Shown: piece by piece, positions 28,265 to 36,929 of the stretch | Layout: every line of letters begins with the position of its first letter | Position numbering within the stretch: position 1 is the first letter of the stretch | DNA from: a virus | Lineage: Duplodnaviria > Caudoviricetes | Length of the DNA: 64,000 bases | IMG/VR virus record: IMGVR_UViG_3300025372_000001 | Reading direction: 5' to 3' (one strand) | The notes under the pieces: generated by a model | What the model saw: the letters and a program-made list of their open reading frames with translations, nothing else | Databases searched by the model: none | Told to the model about the DNA's origin: nothing | Made by a program: the position numbers and the translations under genes

Positions 28265-28855
28265 TCAATGACCAGACAAATAAATTTCATCATATTTAGG
28301 AATACGTTTTTGTACATTTTCAACAGTCAATAACTCGGCAGGAACAAGTTCCAATAACCTTGAATCATGGTAATCTACATGATCGTCATAATTCCTTTGT
28401 TCATACATTATGTTATAAGAGTAAATGTATGAATTAGCTTCTTTGATATATTTGGCAAGTTTTACGGGTAACTTATATTTCTGAATCTCTTGTAAAACTC
28501 TTTGTTCACAATCAATTTCCAATAATTGAATATTCAATAAATCCTTTAAAGAATAATCATTGGATTCAAAATTGATATATCTAGTGAATAAAGTATCACT
28601 GGCTACTCCATTCTTCCATATTTCTGTCTGTTCTTTCCATTGTTTGAAATGACAATATTCATGAATGAAATAATGAAAGAAATTCACAAAATCATCATTA
28701 AATGACCTTAAAATAAACTTAGGAAAATTACTAATAGAAGGATCAAAACAACTATAAGAATGTCTGCTTATATTGGTTCTCTTAATCAAAGAAATAGAAA
28801 CACCACTTAGAAACATTTCCTTGATAGCTTTACCAATATATGCTTCCTTTGTCAT
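28265..28855 (-). CDS. Putative zinc metallopeptidase (HExxH)
   Basis: FIHEYCHFKQW, later EIDCE. Confidence 0.55.
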   Translation of the reverse strand: MTKEAYIGKAIKEMFLSGVSISLIKRTNISRHSYSCFDPSISNFPKFILRSFNDDFVNFFHYFIHEYCHFKQWKEQTEIWKNGVASDTLFTRYINFESNDYSLKDLLNIQLLEIDCEQRVLQEIQKYKLPVKLAKYIKEANSYIYSYNIMYEQRNYDDHVDYHDSRLLELVPAELLTVENVQKRIPKYDEIYLSGH

Positions 28856-28861
28856 AGATTA

Positions 28862-29659
28862 TTACTTCTTTTTCTTACCAATCACTTGATCATGAATTAG
28901 TTTACGACATAAGTTAGCATAACCGGGATTCATATCAATGATATTTGCTCCTTCAAAGAACAATACGAAAGGAGAATGAGTTGCAATAATAACTTGAAAA
29001 TGTTCAGATAAAGTTAACAACGTCTTAAATAATTCAAATTGTTTAGGAAGAGCAAGAGCTTTTTCCGGTTCATCAAATAGTAAGGTAATCTTTCCATTGC
29101 GAGGAAGACTTTGAATGTATTGAACTTCTGCAAGAGCGGCTTGTTTATCAGCAATATCTTGAGGAATAGCAGCAAGATTAGGTGGATTTTGAATCACTTG
29201 CATAATCTTGTTGATTTTATGAATACGATATTGTCCGCTAGATGGTTTTGCTGCCATTACATCTAGTTGTTCTGCTCCTGTGGTAATACCATCTTCTGAT
29301 AGTACAGAATTATCAAAGAACCATGTAAAATTGTTCTTGTTGAGCATTTCCGAATCATTATAGAATGTTGGTGTTCCATCCCATACTACTTGGGCATCAA
29401 TGTTAGCAGGAGTATATGCCTTATATACATAAGGAAAATGATTGACATATCTTGATGCTAATTTCATTGGATCAGAAATAGCGGACCATCCCCCTTTTTG
29501 AATACCGCAGTATGCAGCCATAGTTTTTAATGTAGTACTTTTGTTACATCCGTTCTCACCAAAAAGTACGTTCAATGCAGACCCAAACGTAAAAGTTTTA
29601 TCTTTAATATGAGGAAAATTGGTCGGAAAGCCGTTTAGAAATTTAATACTTTTAATCAT
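28862..29659 (-). CDS. Stand-alone ABC-type ATPase with atypical Walker A
   Basis: GENGCNKS, SSGQ signature, LLFDEPE, IIATHSP. Confidence 0.8.
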   Translation of the reverse strand: MIKSIKFLNGFPTNFPHIKDKTFTFGSALNVLFGENGCNKSTTLKTMAAYCGIQKGGWSAISDPMKLASRYVNHFPYVYKAYTPANIDAQVVWDGTPTFYNDSEMLNKNNFTWFFDNSVLSEDGITTGAEQLDVMAAKPSSGQYRIHKINKIMQVIQNPPNLAAIPQDIADKQAALAEVQYIQSLPRNGKITLLFDEPEKALALPKQFELFKTLLTLSEHFQVIIATHSPFVLFFEGANIIDMNPGYANLCRKLIHDQVIGKKKK

Positions 29660-29663
29660 TTAT

Positions 29664-30320
29664 TTAAAAACCAAATTGTTTCTTAATTGAATCAAGGTCT
29701 TCTGTACCTTCAAAGATCATTGACATTTTATCTGCAATCATACCAGATACATCTTCAATAGAAGGAGGATTAGGATTAACTAAATTACTCACTAAATTAA
29801 CATATTGATAATAAGAGATAATAGTTTCAATTCCTAATAGAAGGAATCTACTTTTCTCTTTAATAAAGGTGAAATGACTTTTAATTTGATTACTTTGATC
29901 TACGAATTGTTGAACAGAACTAGGATCATTAGGATTGTAACTTAAAGCAACAGTATAATTCTTTGTTTCATTTTCTTGAGTTTGTTGATTGAAACTTTGA
30001 AAAGAAATATCGAAGTATTTGATATTATCTAATGTTAGATTAGATGAAGCAGTATCACCAACAATGAAGTTTTCCGTAGAAGTGGTTATTTCTGGGATGT
30101 CGGTATTAGCTAGATCGAAGTCTAATTGTTCATAGGCTTCTCTGGTGATGCGGACTTCGGTATCAATATAATCTTTAACCGAGAGGGATAATTCGGTGCA
30201 TCCTCCTGTTGGAGAGTTTAGAATAATTTGATGATTTTGAAGTTCATCATCATCAGGAACGGTTTCAAATCCAAGGGATTTCTTTAAGTCGGTTCGTAGT
30301 TTTTGTTCGTTGAATTGCAT
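29664..30320 (-). CDS. Hypothetical protein
   Basis: 218-aa ORF. Confidence 0.7.
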   Translation of the reverse strand: MQFNEQKLRTDLKKSLGFETVPDDDELQNHQIILNSPTGGCTELSLSVKDYIDTEVRITREAYEQLDFDLANTDIPEITTSTENFIVGDTASSNLTLDNIKYFDISFQSFNQQTQENETKNYTVALSYNPNDPSSVQQFVDQSNQIKSHFTFIKEKSRFLLLGIETIISYYQYVNLVSNLVNPNPPSIEDVSGMIADKMSMIFEGTEDLDSIKKQFGF

Positions 30321-30327
30321 ATATATT

Positions 30328-31167
30328 TTATTGAAAAGGTTTTGCTGGTAACATAAGAGTATTAGCTAAATGTTCATAGCCTTCATTCTTATCGATATTA
30401 GGTACTTCAGTTGTAACATTCTGTTCTTCTGATAGAAGTTTTGACGGTTGTTCAAAATGTGCAAGCAACACTGCCACCTCCTCGGCTATTTTCTTTTCTT
30501 TGGCTATTTTTTCGTCACGTTCTTTTGACCATTGATCGAAATAACTTTCTTTTTTAGCTAAAGGAGTATTGTTTTTAATATACTCTTTGCACATATTTTC
30601 ATATATACTAGCTAGTTGAAAGGGTTTTTCTGGTAAAGACTTAATTGATTTAAATTTCTCTTCAATTTCTTCATTAGTAGGAGTATGAGAATAATTGACT
30701 AGTCGAGTAGGCGTTAAATGTTCTTTAATTTGATCTACATCAGAATCTTTCGCAAAAATTCCTTCATAAAAATTCTTACGATTTTCTTCTTTAGAAAAAT
30801 CTGTTGATGCAGCACTACACTGGAAAACGTTCAAATCGTTTTTAAAGCTATTACATAATTTAAAAAACTCTTCGGTATTCCATGGATCAATATCGACTAA
30901 CTCACAAGAATTCTCTTTCTCAGGAACTACTTCATCTTTATATCCCTTATACTCTTCGCCGGTATATCCCCAAGTATCAACATCTTCTTCCTTCTCTGGA
31001 TGAGAACATTTCTTTTCCTCAAATTTACCATGCTGAATATAATCAAAAAGTAAATCCGTATCATCAATCAATTCTGTGACAGAATGATGCTCAATTGAGC
31101 TATATTTTAGGGTCTTAAGTAATTCTAATCGAATATTACTTGCCTCATTTAAACTATTATATTTCAT
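30328..31167 (-). CDS. Hypothetical acidic/charged protein
   Basis: 279-aa ORF. Confidence 0.7.
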   Translation of the reverse strand: MKYNSLNEASNIRLELLKTLKYSSIEHHSVTELIDDTDLLFDYIQHGKFEEKKCSHPEKEEDVDTWGYTGEEYKGYKDEVVPEKENSCELVDIDPWNTEEFFKLCNSFKNDLNVFQCSAASTDFSKEENRKNFYEGIFAKDSDVDQIKEHLTPTRLVNYSHTPTNEEIEEKFKSIKSLPEKPFQLASIYENMCKEYIKNNTPLAKKESYFDQWSKERDEKIAKEKKIAEEVAVLLAHFEQPSKLLSEEQNVTTEVPNIDKNEGYEHLANTLMLPAKPFQ

Positions 31168-31343
31168 ACTTTTTCTGGTAACTCTATTTCCTTAATATTA
31201 ATCGAAGCCTTATTGATATATTCTAAATTATACAAATACTTCTCCAATTCTTCTTTATCTTCATTTAAACGGGTAATGTTCCACGTCTTCGTATCATCAT
31301 ATTGGTAAAATCCAATGTAATATGTTTTAAAATTCTTTGACAT
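31164..31343 (-). CDS. Hypothetical protein (59 aa, not in ORF track)
   Basis: MSKNFKTYYIGFYQY...ELPEKV*; ATGA overlap with next gene. Confidence 0.6.
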   Translation of the reverse strand: MSKNFKTYYIGFYQYDDTKTWNITRLNEDKEELEKYLYNLEYINKASINIKEIELPEKV

Positions 31344-31358
31344 TCCTATATATTAACA

Positions 31359-31601
31359 TTAATACAGTTGAGATTCAAGGATTTCCGTATTATCAACTGA
31401 AATTTCTTGAATTGCTTCAGGAGAATAATTCTTTAAATGTTCCGTGTAAGGAATAAACAAATAACCGTGACATTCAGGACATAATTGTTCATCTTCAAAA
31501 CAAATTAAATCGCATCCTTGACATTTTTTATTGGATTTGAAAAGAACATAACGAATAAATTCGCTTAAAGATTCATTGGGAAGAGTGGTTGAGATATTCA
31601 T
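31359..31601 (-). CDS. Small zinc-ribbon protein
   Basis: CQGC...CPEC. Confidence 0.6.
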   Translation of the reverse strand: MNISTTLPNESLSEFIRYVLFKSNKKCQGCDLICFEDEQLCPECHGYLFIPYTEHLKNYSPEAIQEISVDNTEILESQLY

Positions 31602-32944
31602 AAAATATAAAGAAGTTTCTTGGGTCGAGTTACAGCAGTATAAAGGATTCTTTTACGTTCATCAGGTCTATTATTCCTCATAATATCATTATAAACAATA
31701 AAAGAATTTTCATATGTACTGCCTTGCCCGCAATGGGCAGTTATTGCGTAGTTAAAATTCACCGCAGAAAACTGCTCAATGAATCTGTAATACACTTTCC
31801 ATTTATTGATTTTTTTCTTTATATCAACCTCTTTTATTGCATTATTCGATAATCCTTGTAAAGTAATATTATATAATCTCTCTGACTTCTCATGTAAAAT
31901 ATGAATCCAGAATTCTTGATCTTCGTCTCCTCTTACTAAACAATTATAATATTGAAAAGTTCCTTCTGGTAATACTTTAGTCTGCTCATTAATCTCCAAT
32001 ACAACTAAATCTTCATTAGTATTGAAAATAATTTCATCTTCATTATGATTAGCAACATCTTTAATAGGTTTATCAGCAATCAATTTCTCTCCTAATACAA
32101 TTTTATTACATTTTCCATATTTCATATTCCTAATGATGGAATTGAACATATCAACCGTTGCATTGGTCCATGCAATAACCTTGGCATGATTAGCATCCTT
32201 ATCAAATGCTTCTGAACAAAAATAATGTCTCAATAAAGTATTAAGAATCTGCTTATCACCATTAAGCATCACTACTCCAGTTTTATCAACTAATTCCTTT
32301 TGTCCAGGAATAAAATTAAATTTATCAGTTAAAATACTTTGGGAACATTTAATGATAGGATTTCCTGCTGCTTGACGAACAATTTGAGTCAATTGAAAAT
32401 GTGAAATATTGTATAATGCTCTTTTTTCTTCAAGCATAGGAATTGCATGTGTGTGATTAACCGGATTAATCTGATTAGCATCTCCTACAAATAGAACCTT
32501 GGTGCCTCTAAAATTCTGCTTTTCGATTTCATGAAATAATTCATCGGAAACCATTGATGCTTCATCGACAATAATCAAATCATAGAAAGAAAGTTTACAG
32601 GGAGATTTAGCATCTTTCTTATAAATCTCTTTACCATCTTTAGTAATTAAGTGTTTAAGACCTAAAAGAGAATGTAAAGAAGAGAAATCAATTCTATCTT
32701 TATTTTCGTCTTTGCACATGGCTTTTGCAACTTTAACAGCTTTATTCGTAGTTGCCGTTAGAGCAATTTTGCCGAATAGGCCATGATTAACCATATAATC
32801 AACAATTAACGAACATAAAGTAGACTTACCACTTCCAGCTTGGCCAGCAAGCAATGCCATATCATTATCTCCCCTTTCAATAAAATTAATAATATTATCG
32901 TATGCTTTTTGTTGGTCCTCTGTTAAGACAATATCCATACTCAA
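31598..32944 (-). CDS. dda: Dda-like SF1B DNA helicase
   Basis: LTEDQ, GQAGSGKS, ATTNKA, LHSLLGL, IIVDEASMV, GDANQI, LTQIVRQ, YAITAHCGQGSTY, LYTAVTR. Confidence 0.92.
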   Translation of the reverse strand: MSMDIVLTEDQQKAYDNIINFIERGDNDMALLAGQAGSGKSTLCSLIVDYMVNHGLFGKIALTATTNKAVKVAKAMCKDENKDRIDFSSLHSLLGLKHLITKDGKEIYKKDAKSPCKLSFYDLIIVDEASMVSDELFHEIEKQNFRGTKVLFVGDANQINPVNHTHAIPMLEEKRALYNISHFQLTQIVRQAAGNPIIKCSQSILTDKFNFIPGQKELVDKTGVVMLNGDKQILNTLLRHYFCSEAFDKDANHAKVIAWTNATVDMFNSIIRNMKYGKCNKIVLGEKLIADKPIKDVANHNEDEIIFNTNEDLVVLEINEQTKVLPEGTFQYYNCLVRGDEDQEFWIHILHEKSERLYNITLQGLSNNAIKEVDIKKKINKWKVYYRFIEQFSAVNFNYAITAHCGQGSTYENSFIVYNDIMRNNRPDERKRILYTAVTRPKKLLYIL

Positions 32945-32951
32945 CTATACA

Positions 32952-33968
32952 TTAATGAACACTTGGTATCAATTTATTAATATAATCTTTTACAGTATCC
33001 ACTAATCCATCTTCAATTTTAATCAATGGTTCCCATCCTAATTCCCTCTTTGATTTACTATAATCAATTAAATATGTTTTATCATAACCGGGACGATCTT
33101 TAACAAATGTCTTCAAGGTATGATAACTTTTTTCTTTGGGATGAGTTTTATCAAAATAATCACAAATAATATCACAGATGTTTAGATTGGTTACATTCTT
33201 ATTTGTTCCAAATAGATAAGACTCTCCATTCTTACCGGCTTGTATTGCTCTTATAATGCCTCTACAATGATCCGTAACATGAATCCAATCCCTTTGGTGC
33301 AGACCGTCCCCATGAAGCGGAATTTCCTGCCAATTAACGCAACTATCAATAATCTTGGGAATCAACTTCTCTGTGTGTTGTCCCAATCCATAATTATTGG
33401 AACAATTAGTCACAATAACTGGAAAATTATAGGTATTATAATAAGCCTTTGCAATATGATCTGCTGCGGCTTTTGATGCAGAATAAGGATTATTAGGATG
33501 ATAAGGAGTTTCTTCAGTAAATGCTTTTCCTCCTTGATCTTCAACTGAGCCAAAGCACTCGTCCGTACTAACTGCTATCATTTTTCCTTGAATATTTTCA
33601 TCTGTCCAATAATATCTTGCTTCTTCTAAGATATTATATGTTCCCCAGATGTTAGATTCTAAGAAAGGTTTTGGTCCTTCAATAGAATTACAAACGTGTG
33701 TTTGGGCAGCAAAATGAACAATTAAATCAATCTTATATTTGCTTAAAATTTTATAAACAACATCAGTTGTGATATTGCCTCGAACAAATTCATATCTTTC
33801 ATCATACCAAGGTTCATGAGAAGGATTAGTTGCTGCATAATTCAGAATATCTAAATTAACAACTTTATTGAATTTAATTGGTTCTTCTTTGAAAAGAAGT
33901 TTAAGAAAATTCCATCCAATAAATCCACATCCACCTGTTACCAATACATTAAATCTTTTTTGTTCCAT
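32952..33968 (-). CDS. rmlB: (d)TDP/UDP-glucose 4,6-dehydratase
   Basis: TGGCGFIG, HFAAQTHV, STDE, YSASK, TNCSNNYG, EKLIPK, GDGLHQRDWIHV, DRPGYD. Confidence 0.95.
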   Translation of the reverse strand: MEQKRFNVLVTGGCGFIGWNFLKLLFKEEPIKFNKVVNLDILNYAATNPSHEPWYDERYEFVRGNITTDVVYKILSKYKIDLIVHFAAQTHVCNSIEGPKPFLESNIWGTYNILEEARYYWTDENIQGKMIAVSTDECFGSVEDQGGKAFTEETPYHPNNPYSASKAAADHIAKAYYNTYNFPVIVTNCSNNYGLGQHTEKLIPKIIDSCVNWQEIPLHGDGLHQRDWIHVTDHCRGIIRAIQAGKNGESYLFGTNKNVTNLNICDIICDYFDKTHPKEKSYHTLKTFVKDRPGYDKTYLIDYSKSKRELGWEPLIKIEDGLVDTVKDYINKLIPSVH

Positions 33969-34801
33969 GAGTCTAATGTTTTATTTAGGGACTCATATAT
34001 ATCAGGTAAAGGGATACCAAGATTAATTATTTTAGAAGAATCAAGAGTACAATTTGACCTTGGTACTTTTTCAATCTTTTTAATTTCATTAATATCGTCT
34101 AATATTTCCCATTTCCTATTTTTAGGAACTAATCCTTTTTCTTTTAACAAATTAGCAATATCTTGTGCTCTAACCTTTCCAGGATTAGTTACATTATATA
34201 CCCCGTAGGGGTGTTTATTAAGATAACATTCGGTTGTTGCCCTAACAAAATCATTAATATTAGAAATAGAATTATATTGATTTGTTAATTTATCAAATTT
34301 AATTATTTTAGAAATGAAATTCTTGGGATGATCGATATAATCAAAAGGAATACGTAGTCGCCAAATATAAGAATTATCTAAATAAAAAAATTTAATACCT
34401 TTCTCTCCTCCTATCTTGGTGGAAGAATACCACGATTTATCAAAATTAGGAATATCTTCTTCATTGAAATTATCATCACCGGAATATATGCAACCGGAGG
34501 AGACATGACCGAATCCAATTCCAAGGATTTTACAAGCCCATGCAAGAGTATGAGGAAGATAAGTGTTTGCATCTAAGCAAACGTGTTTATTATCTTCACA
34601 TGCATCAACATTAGGGATTCCTGTATATCCTGAACAATTGATAACAAATGATGGATTATATTTGGAAATTAAATCAAGAATTTCTCCTTTTAGGAAATTT
34701 TCATATCGAATAGATTCTGTTTTATATGGAATATTTTTAAATTTAAAATATTCTTGGTACTTCTTTCCTACGTAACCTGTTGCGCCGAATAATAAAATCA
34801 T
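33938..34801 (-). CDS. RmlD-family 3,5-epimerase/4-reductase (NRS/ER, UGER-like)
   Basis: GATGYVG, INCSGYTG.PNVDACE, SSGCIY, YSSTK, RLRIPF, NSISN, YNVTNPG. Confidence 0.8.
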   Translation of the reverse strand: MILLFGATGYVGKKYQEYFKFKNIPYKTESIRYENFLKGEILDLISKYNPSFVINCSGYTGIPNVDACEDNKHVCLDANTYLPHTLAWACKILGIGFGHVSSGCIYSGDDNFNEEDIPNFDKSWYSSTKIGGEKGIKFFYLDNSYIWRLRIPFDYIDHPKNFISKIIKFDKLTNQYNSISNINDFVRATTECYLNKHPYGVYNVTNPGKVRAQDIANLLKEKGLVPKNRKWEILDDINEIKKIEKVPRSNCTLDSSKIINLGIPLPDIYESLNKTLDSWNKKDLMYW

Positions 34802-34998
34802 GGGTATTTATATATAAAAGTTTTATTATTATTATTAATATCGTTATCAATAAAAGTTTTAGCTTCAGCAAGAGTCGGAAAATGAATTACTTTTAATGAA
34901 GGAGATGGCTGATAAAATTTCCATCCCCATAGAAACCATTTAATTTTATACTGAGGATAAAATTTTGATCCTTGTTGAAAAATTCTATATGAATACAT
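34798..34998 (-). CDS. Small hypothetical protein, paralogue of 35318..35512
   Basis: YRIFQQGSKFYP...LAEAKTFID. Confidence 0.65.
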   Translation of the reverse strand: MYSYRIFQQGSKFYPQYKIKWFLWGWKFYQPSPSLKVIHFPTLAEAKTFIDNDINNNNKTFIYKYP

Positions 34999-34999
34999 A

Positions 35000-35314
35000 T
35001 TAAAAAATTAATGCTTTGTTTAGTTTCTTTTCTTCTATTAATTTAATTAATACTCCTCCATGACATTTATTCTCTGATTGACACCAACAAAGTAAATCTT
35101 TATCTTCTAATTCCTCTAATGAATCCCATAGTTCAGGGGTATTTCTTACTCTTTCTTCATATAAATTTAAATTTTCATCCAATGTCATTTCAGAAGTAAT
35201 TGGATTAGGATTGTGCCACTTTGACTCACTTACCCCATAAGTTACATTCTTACGTCCAATATAAATTACATTATCGGAAGGTCTAATATTATTTCTTATA
35301 TTTAAGACTTTCAT
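35000..35314 (-). CDS. DUF4326-like protein
   Basis: YIGR, SKWHNP, LEELEDKDLLCWC, CHGGVL. Confidence 0.8.
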   Translation of the reverse strand: MKVLNIRNNIRPSDNVIYIGRKNVTYGVSESKWHNPNPITSEMTLDENLNLYEERVRNTPELWDSLEELEDKDLLCWCQSENKCHGGVLIKLIEEKKLNKALIF

Positions 35315-35317
35315 TGA

Positions 35318-35512
35318 TTAGTAAGGGTGTATAATCTCTTTAAGATGGTATTGTTTAAGTTTGAAATGATCAATTTTATTTTTAGCTTCGTTAAGAGAAC
35401 TACATTTTACATATTCATGTTTTTCATCATCCCAGAAACGAGAATAAATTATTCCCCAATTACTCCATTCAGGATAAAAAGTATATCCTTTTTGACTTAT
35501 TCTATATTTCAT
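35318..35512 (-). CDS. Small hypothetical protein; start revised to MKYRIS at 35512
   Basis: YRISQKGYTFYP...LNEAKNKID. Confidence 0.65.
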   Translation of the reverse strand: MKYRISQKGYTFYPEWSNWGIIYSRFWDDEKHEYVKCSSLNEAKNKIDHFKLKQYHLKEIIHPY

Positions 35513-35516
35513 AATT

Positions 35517-35990
35517 TTAATTAATAACACTAAAATTCTTTTGATAAACAGATTGAACCAATTTATCCACATAATCGTTCCAACTATTGTTATTTTGATG
35601 CGCTTTTATCCACTTAAACTTTACATTTGGAAATTTTTGTAATAGTTCCCATAATACTTTCCAATGTTTTGCATTAGGAATATCTTCTGTACCATTTTTC
35701 CTAGTAAAGTTCTTTGTTGCCCATTTATTAATCCAATTCAAATTAATTGCATTTACCACATAATTACTATCACACCTAATTAAAATTTCTTCATTTTTAT
35801 CAGATAATGATTGTAAGGCAGAAATAACACCTAATAATTCCATTTCATTATTTGTAGTGTTGTTTACTTTCTTAACTGATTCTCTCATTTTAATTCCAGA
35901 TTCATTAATAATGGCATAAGCATATCCACCAATATTATTTGCTCCTCTTCGATTAATATCGCATCCTCCATCTGTAAAAATTGTTATCAT
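35517..35990 (-). CDS. rnhA: Ribonuclease HI
   Basis: FTDGG, TTNNEMEL, CDSNYVVN, WIKAH, NDYVDKL (D-E-D-D catalytic set). Confidence 0.93.
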   Translation of the reverse strand: MITIFTDGGCDINRRGANNIGGYAYAIINESGIKMRESVKKVNNTTNNEMELLGVISALQSLSDKNEEILIRCDSNYVVNAINLNWINKWATKNFTRKNGTEDIPNAKHWKVLWELLQKFPNVKFKWIKAHQNNNSWNDYVDKLVQSVYQKNFSVIN

Positions 35991-36076
35991 ATACAACTAA
36001 TATAACCTATTCGTCAACTTATTTCCACATTTTTCTCCATCAAATTTCGTTATGGAAATTATAAAATCAGCTAATA

Positions 36077-36109
36077 ATATTCTAATATTTTAATTATATA
36101 TTCTAATAT
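36077..36109. repeat. Two 12-bp direct repeats (ATATTCTAATAT) 21 bp apart in a very AT-rich tract
   Basis: Copies at 36077-36088 and 36098-36109. Confidence 0.7.
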
Positions 36110-36148
36110 ATTAGTTACATTTTATTTCAAGGTTTGTTTGCGACTGTT

Positions 36149-36239
36149 TTCTGATTCAGTTTTAACAATGGAAATCCCTACCTTTTAAAAAAATTTTATT
36201 AATTAAAAAGTAGTAACCATTGTTAAAACTGAATCAGAA
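36149..36239. repeat. 23-bp perfect inverted repeat with a partly self-complementary spacer (long hairpin/cruciform)
   Basis: TTCTGATTCAGTTTTAACAATGG (36149-36171) / CCATTGTTAAAACTGAATCAGAA (36217-36239); inner CTACCTTTTAA / TTAAAAAGTAG. Confidence 0.95.
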
Positions 36240-36249
36240 CCAGAAGCAA

Positions 36250-36390
36250 TATGCCACTTGTTACTTTCATCAGGGAAACCGTTCTGCATACGTAAGTCAA
36301 CCAATTAACACTTAGAACGTTTTCCTTAATCCAGACTGCAAATCCCTAAAAGCTTGTTCTAGAGTTGAGTTTATGAATGTATGCATAGAC
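36250..36390 (-). ncRNA. Candidate structured (pseudoknotted) RNA, possibly carrying a 24-codon leaderless ORF (36312-36386)
   Basis: Several long-range complementarities downstream of a sigma70-like promoter; no family recognised. Confidence 0.35.
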
Positions 36391-36419
36391 AATTTAAACA
36401 AGTAAAACCAGGTTGTCAA
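36391..36419 (-). promoter_or_regulatory. Sigma70-like promoter TTGACA-N17-TAAATT firing leftward into the intergenic region
   Basis: -35 at 36414-36419, -10 at 36391-36396. Confidence 0.6.
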
Positions 36420-36456
36420 CAATTATTTTAACTTTTTCGTCATAAATATTAGCATC

Positions 36457-36909
36457 ATGAGTTATTTTAACGAAACAATAGAAAAAATCCTTCAAGAAGA
36501 GAAAAGCCGCACAGATGCCCTTATTCTTGAGTTAAACCAAGGCAAAGGCGGAATGGCTAACCAATCAGGCACAACCACTCCAAATGCGTCAAATCCAGCG
36601 CAAATGCAAAATAGCCCTAATCCAGCAAATACAACAGGAAGTCCTAGTACAAATCCTGCTTCTTCTAACACTAATACTCCTGTGACGGCTAATTCCAATC
36701 AACCCACTGCTAATACTGGAATGAATACTAACCAAACCTCTCAAAATACAGGAAATCCACAAGAAGATGAAACAACTGAATTTAATAATTTGGTGGCAAT
36801 GCAACAAAAGAATCCGGCAATGTTCAATCAACAAGCAAAAATATTAGCAGGTGATCCTAATAAGTTTAGTCGGTTTATTGCTCATTTGACTCAACCAATG
36901 AACGGTTAA
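36457..36909 (+). CDS. Late N/T/P/Q-rich low-complexity protein, capsid-targeting-like N-terminus
   Basis: MSYFNETIEKILQE; TAAATA (36443-36448) 8 nt upstream. Confidence 0.75.
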   Translation: MSYFNETIEKILQEEKSRTDALILELNQGKGGMANQSGTTTPNASNPAQMQNSPNPANTTGSPSTNPASSNTNTPVTANSNQPTANTGMNTNQTSQNTGNPQEDETTEFNNLVAMQQKNPAMFNQQAKILAGDPNKFSRFIAHLTQPMNG

Positions 36910-36929
36910 TTATAAATAGGATTAATAAA

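Noticed and set aside
36267-36325. Hammerhead ribozyme (minus-strand CUGAUGA after a long stem)
   Set aside because: No correctly placed GAAA after stem II and no NUH triplet before stem I.
36270-36355. c-di-GMP-I riboswitch (CAGGGAAACC...GACTGCAAA on the plus strand)
   Set aside because: Only loose resemblance; the GNRA tetraloop/receptor arrangement is not evident and the visible promoter fires on the other strand.
36139-36403. Retron msr/msd beside RNase H
   Set aside because: No reverse transcriptase in the window, and one arm of the flanking repeat (36397-36403) lies within the promoter spacer.
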